Shown here: in pieces, positions 9,103 through 17,448 of the stretch
How the letters are laid out: each line of letters starts with the position of its first letter
Numbering within the stretch: position 1 is the first letter of the stretch
Origin: Firmicutes bacterium HGW-Firmicutes-11
Lineage (GTDB): Bacteria; Bacillota; Clostridia; Peptostreptococcales; Anaerovoracaceae
DNA length: 32,000 bases
Assembly: GCA_002840285.1 (NCBI GenBank)
Contig: PHAE01000015.1
Coordinates: 25,808-57,807, forward strand
Direction: 5' to 3'
Notes under the pieces: generated by a model
What the model saw: the letters and a program-made list of their open reading frames with translations, nothing else
The model's database searches: none
What the model was told of the DNA's origin: nothing
Translations under genes and position numbers: made by a program

Positions 9103-10360
9103 ACTGCTCCAGTTTGTCGATAAAGCAAGAGCAGCGCTCTCCGCTTTCCAATGTTCCTGTATCATTGCATGTCTTGCAGGTGTATCGGATCTCCATATGA
9201 TCGGTCCTGAAGTTATTGTCTGTCAGCAAATAAGCCCTCTCATTGTTTAGTGTCTCCACCGCTTTTTTCTTTTCTTCGATGCCGCTCTTATTGCCGGAAA
9301 GCATCTCTCTGGAAATGGACAGACTCAGCCTCCGGAGCTCTTCTTCGATCTCCCGGATCCTGGGAACGGTTCGAAACACCTCTTCCCGCCGTTCTTCTGC
9401 CTCCAGTTCGTTTTTGTTTCGTTCTTCCTCAAAACTGCGAAGGACTTCCGAGATCGGGTGGTTGCTGGACGAAGAGCCATTTCTTGGAACTTCCCGCCGG
9501 TCGCCTTTTTCCCCGTTGCTCCAAGCTTTTAAAACAGTATTGACGTAATTGATGTTCGGGTTGGAGATACCACTGGTCTTTTTGCATGCGGACAGGACCT
9601 CTTCCAGCTGAAGCCCCAGTTCATCGAACCAGGTGTCCATGATCCTTTTTTCTTCTTCTGTCGCATTGCGAAGAAAGCCCAGTGATTTGAGGATCCGCTT
9701 GTATAGATAATGCCGGTTGTCGTTTTCCGCCAGGTACTCTTCAATTTGCGCGACGGTCTTGAATCCTCTGCCTGCCCACTCCTTGACCACCGCAGCTACG
9801 TAATTGAACTTGGTGTTCTTGCGCTTTGTTTCGCAATACTCGTAAGCGTAGACGACGAGTTCTTTGTCGATCCCGTAGTCTCCCAGCCACTCCAATATGG
9901 CGGACGGCTCCTTGCCCTCGAACACCCGGCCCGTGATCTGTTCGATGCGGCTATAGAGTTTACGCAACTCCTGATCGTTCATCAAGCCCGCCAGCGATGC
10001 CGGTATCGTATCGTCCCCATCTTTTTTCGTCTTTCCATTCTTTCCGTAGATCTGTTCTTTGAGGTTGCTAAATTCTACTTTGTAATGGAACCTGTCTTCC
10101 GGATCGCTGAAATGGCGCTTGATCACGCCTTTCGCCTCCCAGTAGCTCCACGCCTTCAGAACGTCTTCAACCTCCATGGAAAGCTGTTTGGCGATCGAGT
10201 CATTGGTCATGGACATGCGAAGTTCGGCGTACATCAGAGCGAACAAGTACACCTTGACGTAATCGCCGGGGGCGTCGATCAGGTACTCGTTGATGAACAC
10301 ATTTTCCACCGGTGTGTCGTGTAGATAATAGTTTTGGATCTTTTCCCGCTTGAAACTCAT
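9086..10360 (-). CDS. DnaB/DnaD-family replication initiation protein (two DnaD-type DDBH2 repeats) with a C-terminal coiled-coil plus CxxC..CxC module
   Basis: Two YxxxIxxxW-type repeats (NYVAAVVKEWAGRG and NYVNTVLKAW). The C-terminal roughly 120 aa read EVFRTVPRIREIEEELRRLS...IRYTCKTCNDTGTLESGERCSCFIDKLEQ. The ATGA overlap with the upstream DUF1858 gene suggests translational coupling. Confidence 0.75.
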   Translation of the reverse strand: MSFKREKIQNYYLHDTPVENVFINEYLIDAPGDYVKVYLFALMYAELRMSMTNDSIAKQLSMEVEDVLKAWSYWEAKGVIKRHFSDPEDRFHYKVEFSNLKEQIYGKNGKTKKDGDDTIPASLAGLMNDQELRKLYSRIEQITGRVFEGKEPSAILEWLGDYGIDKELVVYAYEYCETKRKNTKFNYVAAVVKEWAGRGFKTVAQIEEYLAENDNRHYLYKRILKSLGFLRNATEEEKRIMDTWFDELGLQLEEVLSACKKTSGISNPNINYVNTVLKAWSNGEKGDRREVPRNGSSSSNHPISEVLRSFEEERNKNELEAEERREEVFRTVPRIREIEEELRRLSLSISREMLSGNKSGIEEKKKAVETLNNERAYLLTDNNFRTDHMEIRYTCKTCNDTGTLESGERCSCFIDKLEQYGKKV

Positions 10361-10551
10361 GTCGCGCTCCTGTCGTTGAGTACGGAAAGAAGCGCCTGCA
10401 GATCGATGCCATGGCCTTTTGCAGCCTCCTCCAGTGTTTCACTTGCTGCGCCGGGGCAACCACAGCAATTCAAACCGAAGGACTCCAGCAGCTTGCAATG
10501 ACTCTCGTTCAGATCCAGTATCTCGCTGATTTTCATCTCTTTCGTAATCAT
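10357..10551 (-). CDS. DUF1858 / hybrid-cluster-protein-associated redox disulfide domain protein (64 aa)
   Basis: MITKEMKISEILD...FGLNCCGCPGAASETLEEAAKGHGIDLQALLSVLN matches the remembered DUF1858 pattern (M.C.GCP.A..E.IEEAA..HGID). GGGAGGAAA RBS. It starts 20 nt after the dnaB stop. Confidence 0.7.
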   Translation of the reverse strand: MITKEMKISEILDLNESHCKLLESFGLNCCGCPGAASETLEEAAKGHGIDLQALLSVLNDRSAT

Positions 10552-10571
10552 GGTTTCCTCCCGTGCCTTCG

Positions 10572-11909
10572 TCAGGACCGCTCCGAAATGCGGCTGGTGT
10601 CAACAAATCTTGTGTATTTCCCAAGCCAGGTCAGCTCGACCGTGCCGGTCGGACCGCTTCGCTGCTTGGCGATATTGACTTCGCAGATGTTAGGCTTCTC
10701 CGTGTTGGGATTATAGTATTCGTCCCGATAAAGGAACATGACGATGTCCGCATCCTGCTCGATGGATCCTGACTCACGTAGATCCGACAGGATCGGCCGA
10801 TGGTCGGTACGCTGCTCCGGCGCGCGGGAAAGCTGCGAAAGAACCAGTACCGGACACTCCATTTCTCTGGCCAGATGCTTTAAAAATCGGGAGATCGAAG
10901 TGATTTCCTGTTGCCGGCTCTCGGACCTTCCTTCAAAGGACATCAGCTGTAAATAGTCGACTATGATGAGATCAAGTCCCTTTTCTGCTTTGAGACGACG
11001 GCTTTTATTTTTGATTTCCAGCACGTTGATCCCCGGTGTGTCGTCGATGTAGATCTCTGCCTTTGAAAGCTTGTCGATGGCCAGATAGAGCTGATCCCAG
11101 TCGTTGCGCTCCAGCCTGCCGGTCTTGATCTTCTGCATGTCCACCCGCGATTCGATCGAAAGCAGTCGTTGACCCAATTGTTCTTTCGGCATCTCCAGGC
11201 TGAAGATCAGAACCTTTGCCTTGCCCTTCAACGCCGCTTGTTGTGCGATGTTGAGCGCCAGGGCGGTCTTTCCCATGCTGGGACGGGCAGCGAGCATGAT
11301 CAGGTCTGATTTCTGCAGACCTGACGTTTTGGAATCCAGGTCAAGAAAGCCGGTCGTGATCCCTGTCAGTCCACCGTCCAGTTTCGAGACTTCATCGATT
11401 CTTTTTAGATTGCCGTAAAGGACCTCCTTCAACGGTTCAAAGTCCTTTTTCTGTCTGGTCTGGGCAATCTCGAAGATGGCTTGCTCTGCGTGGTCCAAAA
11501 CCGTTTCCGGCTCAATTTTTTCCCGATACGCCTGCTCCATGATCTCAGAAGAAGCGCTGATCAGACGCCGAAGCACTGCCTTTTCTGCAATGATCCTGGC
11601 ATATTCGGCGGCATTTGATGTGGATGGCACCAGTGTGGACAGCTGCGCCACATAAGCGCGTCCGCCGACCATTTCCAGCGTATTTCTTGTTTTCAATTCT
11701 TCGGAAACTGTCAGGATATCTGCCGGTTCGTTCTTGCGAAACAGCTCCAGCACCGCCCGATAGATCTCCTGATGCATTTCACTGTAAAAATCATCGTCCC
11801 GCAGAATTTCCAGAACCTCATAAAGGGCTTCCTTGTCGAGTATGATGGATCCAAGGACTGACTTTTCCGCTTCGTCGCTGTGGGGTGGGATCCGTTCCAT
11901 TCGGCTCAT
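10572..11909 (-). CDS. dnaB: replicative DNA helicase DnaB (DnaC in B. subtilis nomenclature)
   Basis: N-terminus IPPHSDEAEKSVLGSIILD, Walker A ARPSMGKTALALNIA, SLEMPKEQLGQRL, IVDYLQLM and SQLSRAPEQR motifs. Sits in the conserved rplI-dnaB synteny. Confidence 0.95.
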   Translation of the reverse strand: MSRMERIPPHSDEAEKSVLGSIILDKEALYEVLEILRDDDFYSEMHQEIYRAVLELFRKNEPADILTVSEELKTRNTLEMVGGRAYVAQLSTLVPSTSNAAEYARIIAEKAVLRRLISASSEIMEQAYREKIEPETVLDHAEQAIFEIAQTRQKKDFEPLKEVLYGNLKRIDEVSKLDGGLTGITTGFLDLDSKTSGLQKSDLIMLAARPSMGKTALALNIAQQAALKGKAKVLIFSLEMPKEQLGQRLLSIESRVDMQKIKTGRLERNDWDQLYLAIDKLSKAEIYIDDTPGINVLEIKNKSRRLKAEKGLDLIIVDYLQLMSFEGRSESRQQEITSISRFLKHLAREMECPVLVLSQLSRAPEQRTDHRPILSDLRESGSIEQDADIVMFLYRDEYYNPNTEKPNICEVNIAKQRSGPTGTVELTWLGKYTRFVDTSRISERS

Positions 11910-11922
11910 CGCATCTTCCTCA

Positions 11923-12366
11923 TTACACTTCTACGATCACGCGAAGCTTGGCTGTGACTTCTGCGTGCAGTTTGATGTCAACGATGTGTTCTCCGGTGTG
12001 TTTGATCGGATTGGTGATCGAAAATTTCCGTTTGTCGATTTCGATGCCATGTTGCTTTGCCAGCTCATCGGCGATGTCCTTTGCTGTAATGGAGCCAAAG
12101 AGACGTCCACCTTCCCCGCCCTTGGTGCGGATCTTGACTTCAATTCGACTGATTGCTTCTCCCTTTTCTTTTGCTTCTCCAAGCTCCTTCTCCTGCTTTG
12201 CCTCATTTATGGCTGCTTGTCGTTCCATTTCTCTGAGGTTGCCGTCGGTCGCTTCTTTGACCAGGCCTTTGGGGATGAGAAGATTGCGGGCATAACCATC
12301 GCTGACCTTGGCGACTTGTCCCGCCTTGCCAAGTCCCTTCACATCCTGTAGAAGTATCACTTTCAT
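11923..12366 (-). CDS. rplI: 50S ribosomal protein L9
   Basis: MKVILLQDVKGLGKAGQVAKVSDGYARNLLIPKGL is a canonical L9 N-terminus. The protein is 147 aa. Confidence 0.95.
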   Translation of the reverse strand: MKVILLQDVKGLGKAGQVAKVSDGYARNLLIPKGLVKEATDGNLREMERQAAINEAKQEKELGEAKEKGEAISRIEVKIRTKGGEGGRLFGSITAKDIADELAKQHGIEIDKRKFSITNPIKHTGEHIVDIKLHAEVTAKLRVIVEV

Positions 12367-12388
12367 GGTTCAGTACCTCACTTTACCT

Positions 12389-14353
12389 TTATATTTCGCG
12401 GATCAACTCTTTCAGATCCTCGATGGTTTCCTCTACTGTCTTGTTGAGTTGGGCTCCTGCTGTAGCCAAATGTCCACCACCGCCCATTTTTTCCATCACC
12501 GTCTGCACATTGACTTCACCGAGAGATCTGGCGCTGACCACAGTCTGTCCGGTATCACTTGCCCCGATGACAAAGCTTGCCCGAATGTCCTGTATGTTGA
12601 GCAGCTCGTCGGCTGCCTGGGATGTCAATATTTGAATATTGGCATGTTGCCCATAACAGACGGAAAATGCGATGCCTTTGGGAAGGATCTCGGCTTCGGC
12701 TATGATAGACGCGCGAAGCTTGAAAAAATCCATATCTGTCTGGAAGAATTGTCGGACACTTGCGGTATCTGCGCCGTTACGTCGCAGCCAGGACGCTGCT
12801 TCAAAGGTTCTGACTCCTGTTTTGATGGAGAAGCTTTTGGTGTCCACCGTGATCCCTGCCAGCAGAGCTTCCGCTTCCAGCTTGTCGATGTTCTTTTTCC
12901 CGTCGCTCAAATACTGGAAGAGTTCTGTGATCAGCTCCGAAGTGGATGACGCGTAGGTCTCCATATATGTCAATGTGGCGGTATCGATGCTGTCCTCGGA
13001 CTTTCGGTGGTGGTCGATCACGACCACTTTGTCGGTCACATTGAGGAGTTCTGGAGAATCCAGCAATACCGGGCGATGGGTGTCCACAATGATCAGCAAG
13101 GTGTCCTTGTCTACGAAGGCCTTGGCTTCGTCGACGGAAATAAAGCGATACAGGCCTGTCTCGTTGGCCTTCTCATAGAGCTTTCGGATCGGTTTTCCGT
13201 AACTGTCGATCAGGATCGACGCTTCTTTCCCGCGATTCTTAACGATGCGGGCAACACCAAGAGCGGCGCCAAAGCAATCCATATCCGGATTTTTATGTCC
13301 CATGACCAATATTTTGCTTGACTGATCGATCAGTTGCCGCAGGGCATGGGCCATGATCCTCGATTTCCCTTTGTTTCTTTTCTCGACCGTCTGTAATTTC
13401 CCGCCGTAGTACTCTGTTTTGCTCTTTCTCTTGATGACCGCCTGGTCGCCGCCTCTTCCCAAAGCGAGATCCAGCGCTGCCAGTCCGTAGTTTTCCAGAT
13501 CGGGCAGACTCTTGCCTCCGATACCGATGCCAATGGACAGCGACGCGGGAAAATCGGCGTCGGTCTCCAGGGAGCGGATCTCATCCAAAATAGAAAATTT
13601 GCCTGCTTCGAGTTTTTCAACATTTTTCTGCTCGAAAACGACGAAGTACTTTCCACTTTTGTATTTCACAAGGGTTCCTGCCATCTTGGAAGCCCACTGC
13701 CGGATCGTGGACTCGATCTGGGCGGCCAGGACCGATTTTCGGTCGTCCGGCGAGCTTGCAACCAATTCGTCGTAGTTGTCCACGTTGATATAGGCGTAGC
13801 AGATTCGTTCGTCGCTATATAATGTCTTGAGCTTTTCGTATCCGCTGACATCGGTAAAGCAGAGCATTATGCTGCCTTCCTTTCCCTTTTCCGGACGGGA
13901 ATGAAGGATACGGTAAATCTTGTCCTGTCGATGGAGCAGCAGGGGTTTTCCCCCCGCTTCCTTTTCAGCGAAATCGTAGTATTGGATTCCGGCCAACTCA
14001 GCCATGGACGAATTCATCATCCTGGCGTCCTCAAACAGCTCGAGAAATTTGTCATTGAACCAAAGCAGCACGTTGCGATTGTCGATCATGCAGAGAGGGA
14101 GAGGATTGTGGTACAAAAAAAGCCGCACCGTATCCTCCATATCCTTCGAGACGGCTTCCGCGTACTCTTGGAAATCCATCGTGCGGCGTCGATAGATCTT
14201 TCCGGAGTAGACAAAGTATCCGATGGTCAGGACGAGTGCAGGGATCCCCGCATAAACATTAAAATACAAAAGCCCCAATGCAAAGAGGAACATGATGATG
14301 GTTCCTGCTTTTAGATGCGGGCTCAGAATATCCTTAAAAATTTTATTTGCCAT
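12389..14353 (-). CDS. gdpP: GdpP/YybT-type DHH/DHHA1 phosphodiesterase (c-di-AMP phosphodiesterase family)
   Basis: Two N-terminal TM helices, a PAS-like and degenerate GGDEF region, then DHH motifs (HKNPDMDCFGAALG, VVIDHHRKS) and DHHA1 (GGGGH). Sits in the conserved gdpP-rplI-dnaB order. Confidence 0.85.
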   Translation of the reverse strand: MANKIFKDILSPHLKAGTIIMFLFALGLLYFNVYAGIPALVLTIGYFVYSGKIYRRRTMDFQEYAEAVSKDMEDTVRLFLYHNPLPLCMIDNRNVLLWFNDKFLELFEDARMMNSSMAELAGIQYYDFAEKEAGGKPLLLHRQDKIYRILHSRPEKGKEGSIMLCFTDVSGYEKLKTLYSDERICYAYINVDNYDELVASSPDDRKSVLAAQIESTIRQWASKMAGTLVKYKSGKYFVVFEQKNVEKLEAGKFSILDEIRSLETDADFPASLSIGIGIGGKSLPDLENYGLAALDLALGRGGDQAVIKRKSKTEYYGGKLQTVEKRNKGKSRIMAHALRQLIDQSSKILVMGHKNPDMDCFGAALGVARIVKNRGKEASILIDSYGKPIRKLYEKANETGLYRFISVDEAKAFVDKDTLLIIVDTHRPVLLDSPELLNVTDKVVVIDHHRKSEDSIDTATLTYMETYASSTSELITELFQYLSDGKKNIDKLEAEALLAGITVDTKSFSIKTGVRTFEAASWLRRNGADTASVRQFFQTDMDFFKLRASIIAEAEILPKGIAFSVCYGQHANIQILTSQAADELLNIQDIRASFVIGASDTGQTVVSARSLGEVNVQTVMEKMGGGGHLATAGAQLNKTVEETIEDLKELIREI

Positions 14354-14415
14354 TCTGTGATCCTCAAGGCCAAAGCTTGCGGCCAGGTTCCTCTCTTCGC
14401 AGATGTCGGTTTTTC

Positions 14416-14444
14416 ATTATACCACAAAGTCTTTCTGTTGTGGA
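14416..14444 (-). promoter_or_regulatory. candidate gdpP-rplI-dnaB operon promoter (extended -10)
   Basis: On the minus strand: TCCACA, a 17-nt spacer, then TGgTATAAT (the -10 element is at 14421-14416). It lies about 60 nt upstream of the gdpP ATG. Confidence 0.55.
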
Positions 14445-14458
14445 AGATGGCGCGAAGG

Positions 14459-14478
14459 AAAAAGCCCTTGCAAAGGGC
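14459..14478 (-). terminator. intrinsic terminator after rpsR
   Basis: The minus-strand RNA reads GCCCUU-UGC-AAGGGC followed by UUUUU. The hairpin begins about 20 nt after the rpsR stop, and the upstream A-run allows an alternative longer stem. Confidence 0.55.
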
Positions 14479-14498
14479 AAAGGCTTTTTGGGGTTCGC

Positions 14499-14729
14499 TT
14501 AGTCGGCGGTATAGGGGAGAAGTGCTACGATTCTGGCCCTTTTGATAGCTGTCGTGACTTCTCTCTGGTGTTTTGCACAGCTTCCTGTGATACGCTTGGG
14601 GAGAATCTTTCCCCGGTCGGTCACGTTCTTTTTCAGTTTTTCAACATCTTTGTAATCAATGGTTTCCGTTTTGTCTGCACAAAACTGGCACACTTTTTTT
14701 CTGCGAAAACCACGCCTTTTTTCAATCAT
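14499..14729 (-). CDS. rpsR: 30S ribosomal protein S18
   Basis: [57 protein letters not shown]. Part of the rpsF-ssb-rpsR operon. Confidence 0.95.
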   Translation of the reverse strand: MIEKRRGFRRKKVCQFCADKTETIDYKDVEKLKKNVTDRGKILPKRITGSCAKHQREVTTAIKRARIVALLPYTAD

Positions 14730-14747
14730 GATCCTGTCCTCCTTCGT

Positions 14748-15158
14748 TTAAAATGGAATGTCATCGTCGTCTTCCAGCGCCTGGAAGCCTTCGGGAATCA
14801 TCTGGGATGGCTTTGTCTTGCGTTCTTCGTTATCGGAACCGCCCTTGTCTCCCCACTCCAGAAATTCGACCCTGTCGGCATAGACTTCCGTCGTATATTT
14901 GGTTTCTCCCGACTGGGCTTTGAAGCTTCCTGTCTGGATCCTGCCTTGTACGCCAACCAACCGTCCTTTGACTAAAAATCGCTCGCAAAGCTCTGCGGTC
15001 TTTCCAAAGGCTACGATGCGGATGAAGTCCGCTGTTTTCTCCTTCGCAAGGGGACGATCCACCGCCAACGTGAAATTGGCGACTGCAGTCTCGCTTTGAG
15101 GGATGTAGCGAAGCTCCGGGTCTTTGGTCAATCTGCCGATCAAAACTACATTGTTCAT
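14748..15158 (-). CDS. ssb: single-stranded DNA-binding protein
   Basis: MNNVVLIGRLTKDPELRY OB-fold N-terminus and an acidic tail ending DDDIPF. Start trimmed to the ATG at 15158 (GAGGAG RBS). Confidence 0.95.
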   Translation of the reverse strand: MNNVVLIGRLTKDPELRYIPQSETAVANFTLAVDRPLAKEKTADFIRIVAFGKTAELCERFLVKGRLVGVQGRIQTGSFKAQSGETKYTTEVYADRVEFLEWGDKGGSDNEERKTKPSQMIPEGFQALEDDDDIPF

Positions 15159-15232
15159 CCTGTCACTCCTCGCATTCTGCATGCCCGATACCGTCCCGCA
15201 AATGCGGGCCGTTTCATGCGGCCGGAAGTAGA

Positions 15233-15520
15233 TTACTTTTCGTCTTTGTTGATGATGATGTGCCGGATGACATTGTCGGAAATCTTGAGCCTTCGGTCAA
15301 GCTCGGTCGGGAAATCGGGCGAAGCGGAAAACTCGATCACCACATAGTATCCTTCGTTCTTCTTCTGGATCGGATAGGCGAGTCTTCTCATGCCCCAGAC
15401 ATCTACTTTTCCGACTTCGCCCTCTGCTGCTATGATCTCTTTGACCATTTCAACAGTTGCTTCTCTCTTGTCGTCTTCTAAAGTAGACTCGACGATGAAC
15501 ATGACTTCATACTTGTTCAT
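15233..15520 (-). CDS. rpsF: 30S ribosomal protein S6
   Basis: MNKYEVMFIV...VDVWGMRRLAYPIQK. The protein is 95 aa with an AGGAGG RBS. Confidence 0.95.
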   Translation of the reverse strand: MNKYEVMFIVESTLEDDKREATVEMVKEIIAAEGEVGKVDVWGMRRLAYPIQKKNEGYYVVIEFSASPDFPTELDRRLKISDNVIRHIIINKDEK

Positions 15521-15605
15521 TTTTTCACCTCCTCATGGACTAAAATGGCCTTTTTCAAGGCAAGGAGCATATTATTTGCGTTGTTCGCATATGCAATGCT
15601 TAGAT

Positions 15606-15633
15606 AGTATACCATAGAACCTTGGGTTTGCAA
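15606..15633 (-). promoter_or_regulatory. candidate rpsF-ssb-rpsR promoter (extended -10)
   Basis: On the minus strand: TTGCAA (15633-15628), a 16-nt spacer, then TATACT (15611-15606) preceded by TGg. This leaves a leader of about 80 nt before rpsF. Confidence 0.55.
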
Positions 15634-15636
15634 GCA

Positions 15637-16368
15637 CTATTTCGACTTCTCCTCCAGTTGCTTTCTTATGATTTCCTCCACCACCTCTGCCAATTCGCCG
15701 GCTTCCCGCTTTCCGAGATCTTTGGTTTCGATGGCTTTGTGGATGGTGACTTTGATCGTCGCGGGGCGAATCCTTCCGGATTCTTCAAATGCCCGGTAGG
15801 TTCCATCCAGGGTGACCGGAACGACAGGCACCCCGGCTTTTGTGGCAAGTCGAAGGCTTCCTTTTTTGAATTCCCCCATCTGATCGCTTCGGCTTCTGGT
15901 TCCTTCCGGAAAAATGACCAGTGAAAATCCCTGTCGGATCAGTCCGATGCCTTCTTCTATGGCGCGAAGAGACGCTCTGGCATCCTCTCTCTCGATGAAC
16001 ACGCTTCGCACGTCCTTGATCCAATTTCCGAACCCGGGGATCTTACGAAGGCTTGATTTTGCTACAAACCCGAAGGGTTTGCTCTTCACTGCGGCAAAGA
16101 AGACCGGTATGTCCCAGTAGCTCTGGTGATTGGACACAAAGACGACCGGACCTTCCGGAACGTTCTCCTGCCCGGTGGTTTCCAAACGGATCCCGGCTTT
16201 CTTCACCAAAAAATCGCCGAAAAGGTCTTCGGCTTTTCGGATGTCTCTCCGTTCCGACAGAACGTCTCCTGTGCTCACGTGACGATGGATCGATCCTCGC
16301 AAAGGGCGAAGACGGTGAAGTAGTGTCAGGAACCAAAAGGCGAATGGTATGTTGGCAATGAGTTTCAT
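15637..16368 (-). CDS. plsC: 1-acyl-sn-glycerol-3-phosphate acyltransferase (PlsC family)
   Basis: HX4D motif NHQSYWD and FPEGTRS motif, with an N-terminal hydrophobic anchor. Confidence 0.8.
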   Translation of the reverse strand: MKLIANIPFAFWFLTLLHRLRPLRGSIHRHVSTGDVLSERRDIRKAEDLFGDFLVKKAGIRLETTGQENVPEGPVVFVSNHQSYWDIPVFFAAVKSKPFGFVAKSSLRKIPGFGNWIKDVRSVFIEREDARASLRAIEEGIGLIRQGFSLVIFPEGTRSRSDQMGEFKKGSLRLATKAGVPVVPVTLDGTYRAFEESGRIRPATIKVTIHKAIETKDLGKREAGELAEVVEEIIRKQLEEKSK

Positions 16369-16405
16369 AGGTGCTCCTCGTACGATACCGTTTAAAGATG
16401 GAACA

Positions 16406-16435
16406 ATTATAGCATGGGGCTTCCGCCGGTGTCCA
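16406..16435 (-). promoter_or_regulatory. candidate plsC promoter (extended -10)
   Basis: On the minus strand: TGGACA (16435-16430), an 18-nt spacer, then TGcTATAAT (the -10 element is at 16411-16406). Confidence 0.45.
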
Positions 16436-16530
16436 TCGTTCCCCGGTCCGCTTGCATCCTAATCGGAAGTATTATAGTATGAAAGAGTACAAACTTGTCT
16501 GCAGAGAGCGGACAAAGAAGGAGGACATAT

Positions 16531-17448
16531 ATGAAAAAACCTATACTGGTCATCATGGCTGCCGGGATCGGAAGTCGTTTCGGCGGCCTCAAGCAACTGG
16601 CCCCGGTCGGTAAAAACAGGGAGCCTATCATTGAATTTTCTCTGTATGACGCAATCGATGCCGGGTTTGAAACCGTCATTTTCATCATAAAAAAAGAAAT
16701 CGAGCAGGAGTTCCGTCAACTGATCGGGGACAAAGTCAAAGAGAAAATCAAAGTTCACTACGTTTTTCAATCTCTGGAGCCACTTCCTTCAGGATTTTCC
16801 GTCCCCGAAGGACGAGTCAAGCCATGGGGCACCAGCCATGCGATCCTCTGCGCCAAACAGATCATCGACGGACCTTTTGCTGTGATCAACGCAGACGATT
16901 ACTACGGCCGGGATGCCTTTCACGTCATCTATGAGCATTTACAGAAGGAAGAAAGCAGCACGAACTTGTATCCTTTTTCCATGGTTGGTTATCGGATCGA
17001 AAATACCTTGACCGACAATGGACATGTGACACGTGGTGTCTGCAACACCAATAACGGCTATCTTACCTCGATCGACGAGCGACTTCGCATCGAACGACAG
17101 GGCGATGGAATCGCTTTTACGGAAGACGAGGGAGCCACGTGGGAACCGATACCTGTCGGCACAACGGTATCCATGAACCTTTGGGGTCTGACGACGGAAT
17201 TTTTAGACGAGCTTGAACAGCGGTTTCCCCAGTTCCTGAGGCAGGCCTTTTCGGAAAACCCTCTCAAAGCCGAGTTTCTTCTGCCCCGAGTGATCGGCGA
17301 TCTTGTAAACGAAAAAAAAGCGACGGTCCGCGTCCTGGAATCCAGGGATCAGTGGTACGGCGTCACTTATAAGGAAGATCTGGAACCGGTAGCGAAGGCG
17401 ATTTCAAAAATGCAAAATGACGGCCTTTACCCGGAACATCTGTTTTAA
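16531..17448 (+). CDS. sugar-phosphate nucleotidyltransferase family protein
   Basis: MKKPILVIMAAGIGSRFGG (G-x-G-S-R NTP-transferase loop) and INADDYYG. Start trimmed from the TTG at 16495 to the ATG at 16531 behind AAGGAGGA. It is the only plus-strand gene left of the origin. Confidence 0.7.
   Translation: MKKPILVIMAAGIGSRFGGLKQLAPVGKNREPIIEFSLYDAIDAGFETVIFIIKKEIEQEFRQLIGDKVKEKIKVHYVFQSLEPLPSGFSVPEGRVKPWGTSHAILCAKQIIDGPFAVINADDYYGRDAFHVIYEHLQKEESSTNLYPFSMVGYRIENTLTDNGHVTRGVCNTNNGYLTSIDERLRIERQGDGIAFTEDEGATWEPIPVGTTVSMNLWGLTTEFLDELEQRFPQFLRQAFSENPLKAEFLLPRVIGDLVNEKKATVRVLESRDQWYGVTYKEDLEPVAKAISKMQNDGLYPEHLF

Noticed and set aside
15195-15223. Two overlapping short hairpins (CCCGC-ATTT-GCGGG and GGCCG..CGGCC on the minus strand) between rpsF and ssb, as a possible terminator.
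   Set aside because: No U-tract follows them. rpsF-ssb-rpsR is a conserved operon, so this is at most a processing or stability element. The evidence is too weak to call.
16271-16286. A CACGTG-centred sequence as a possible parS site.
   Set aside because: The flanks (TGTGCT...ACGA) do not match TGTTNCACGTGAAACA. It also lies inside the plsC coding sequence.
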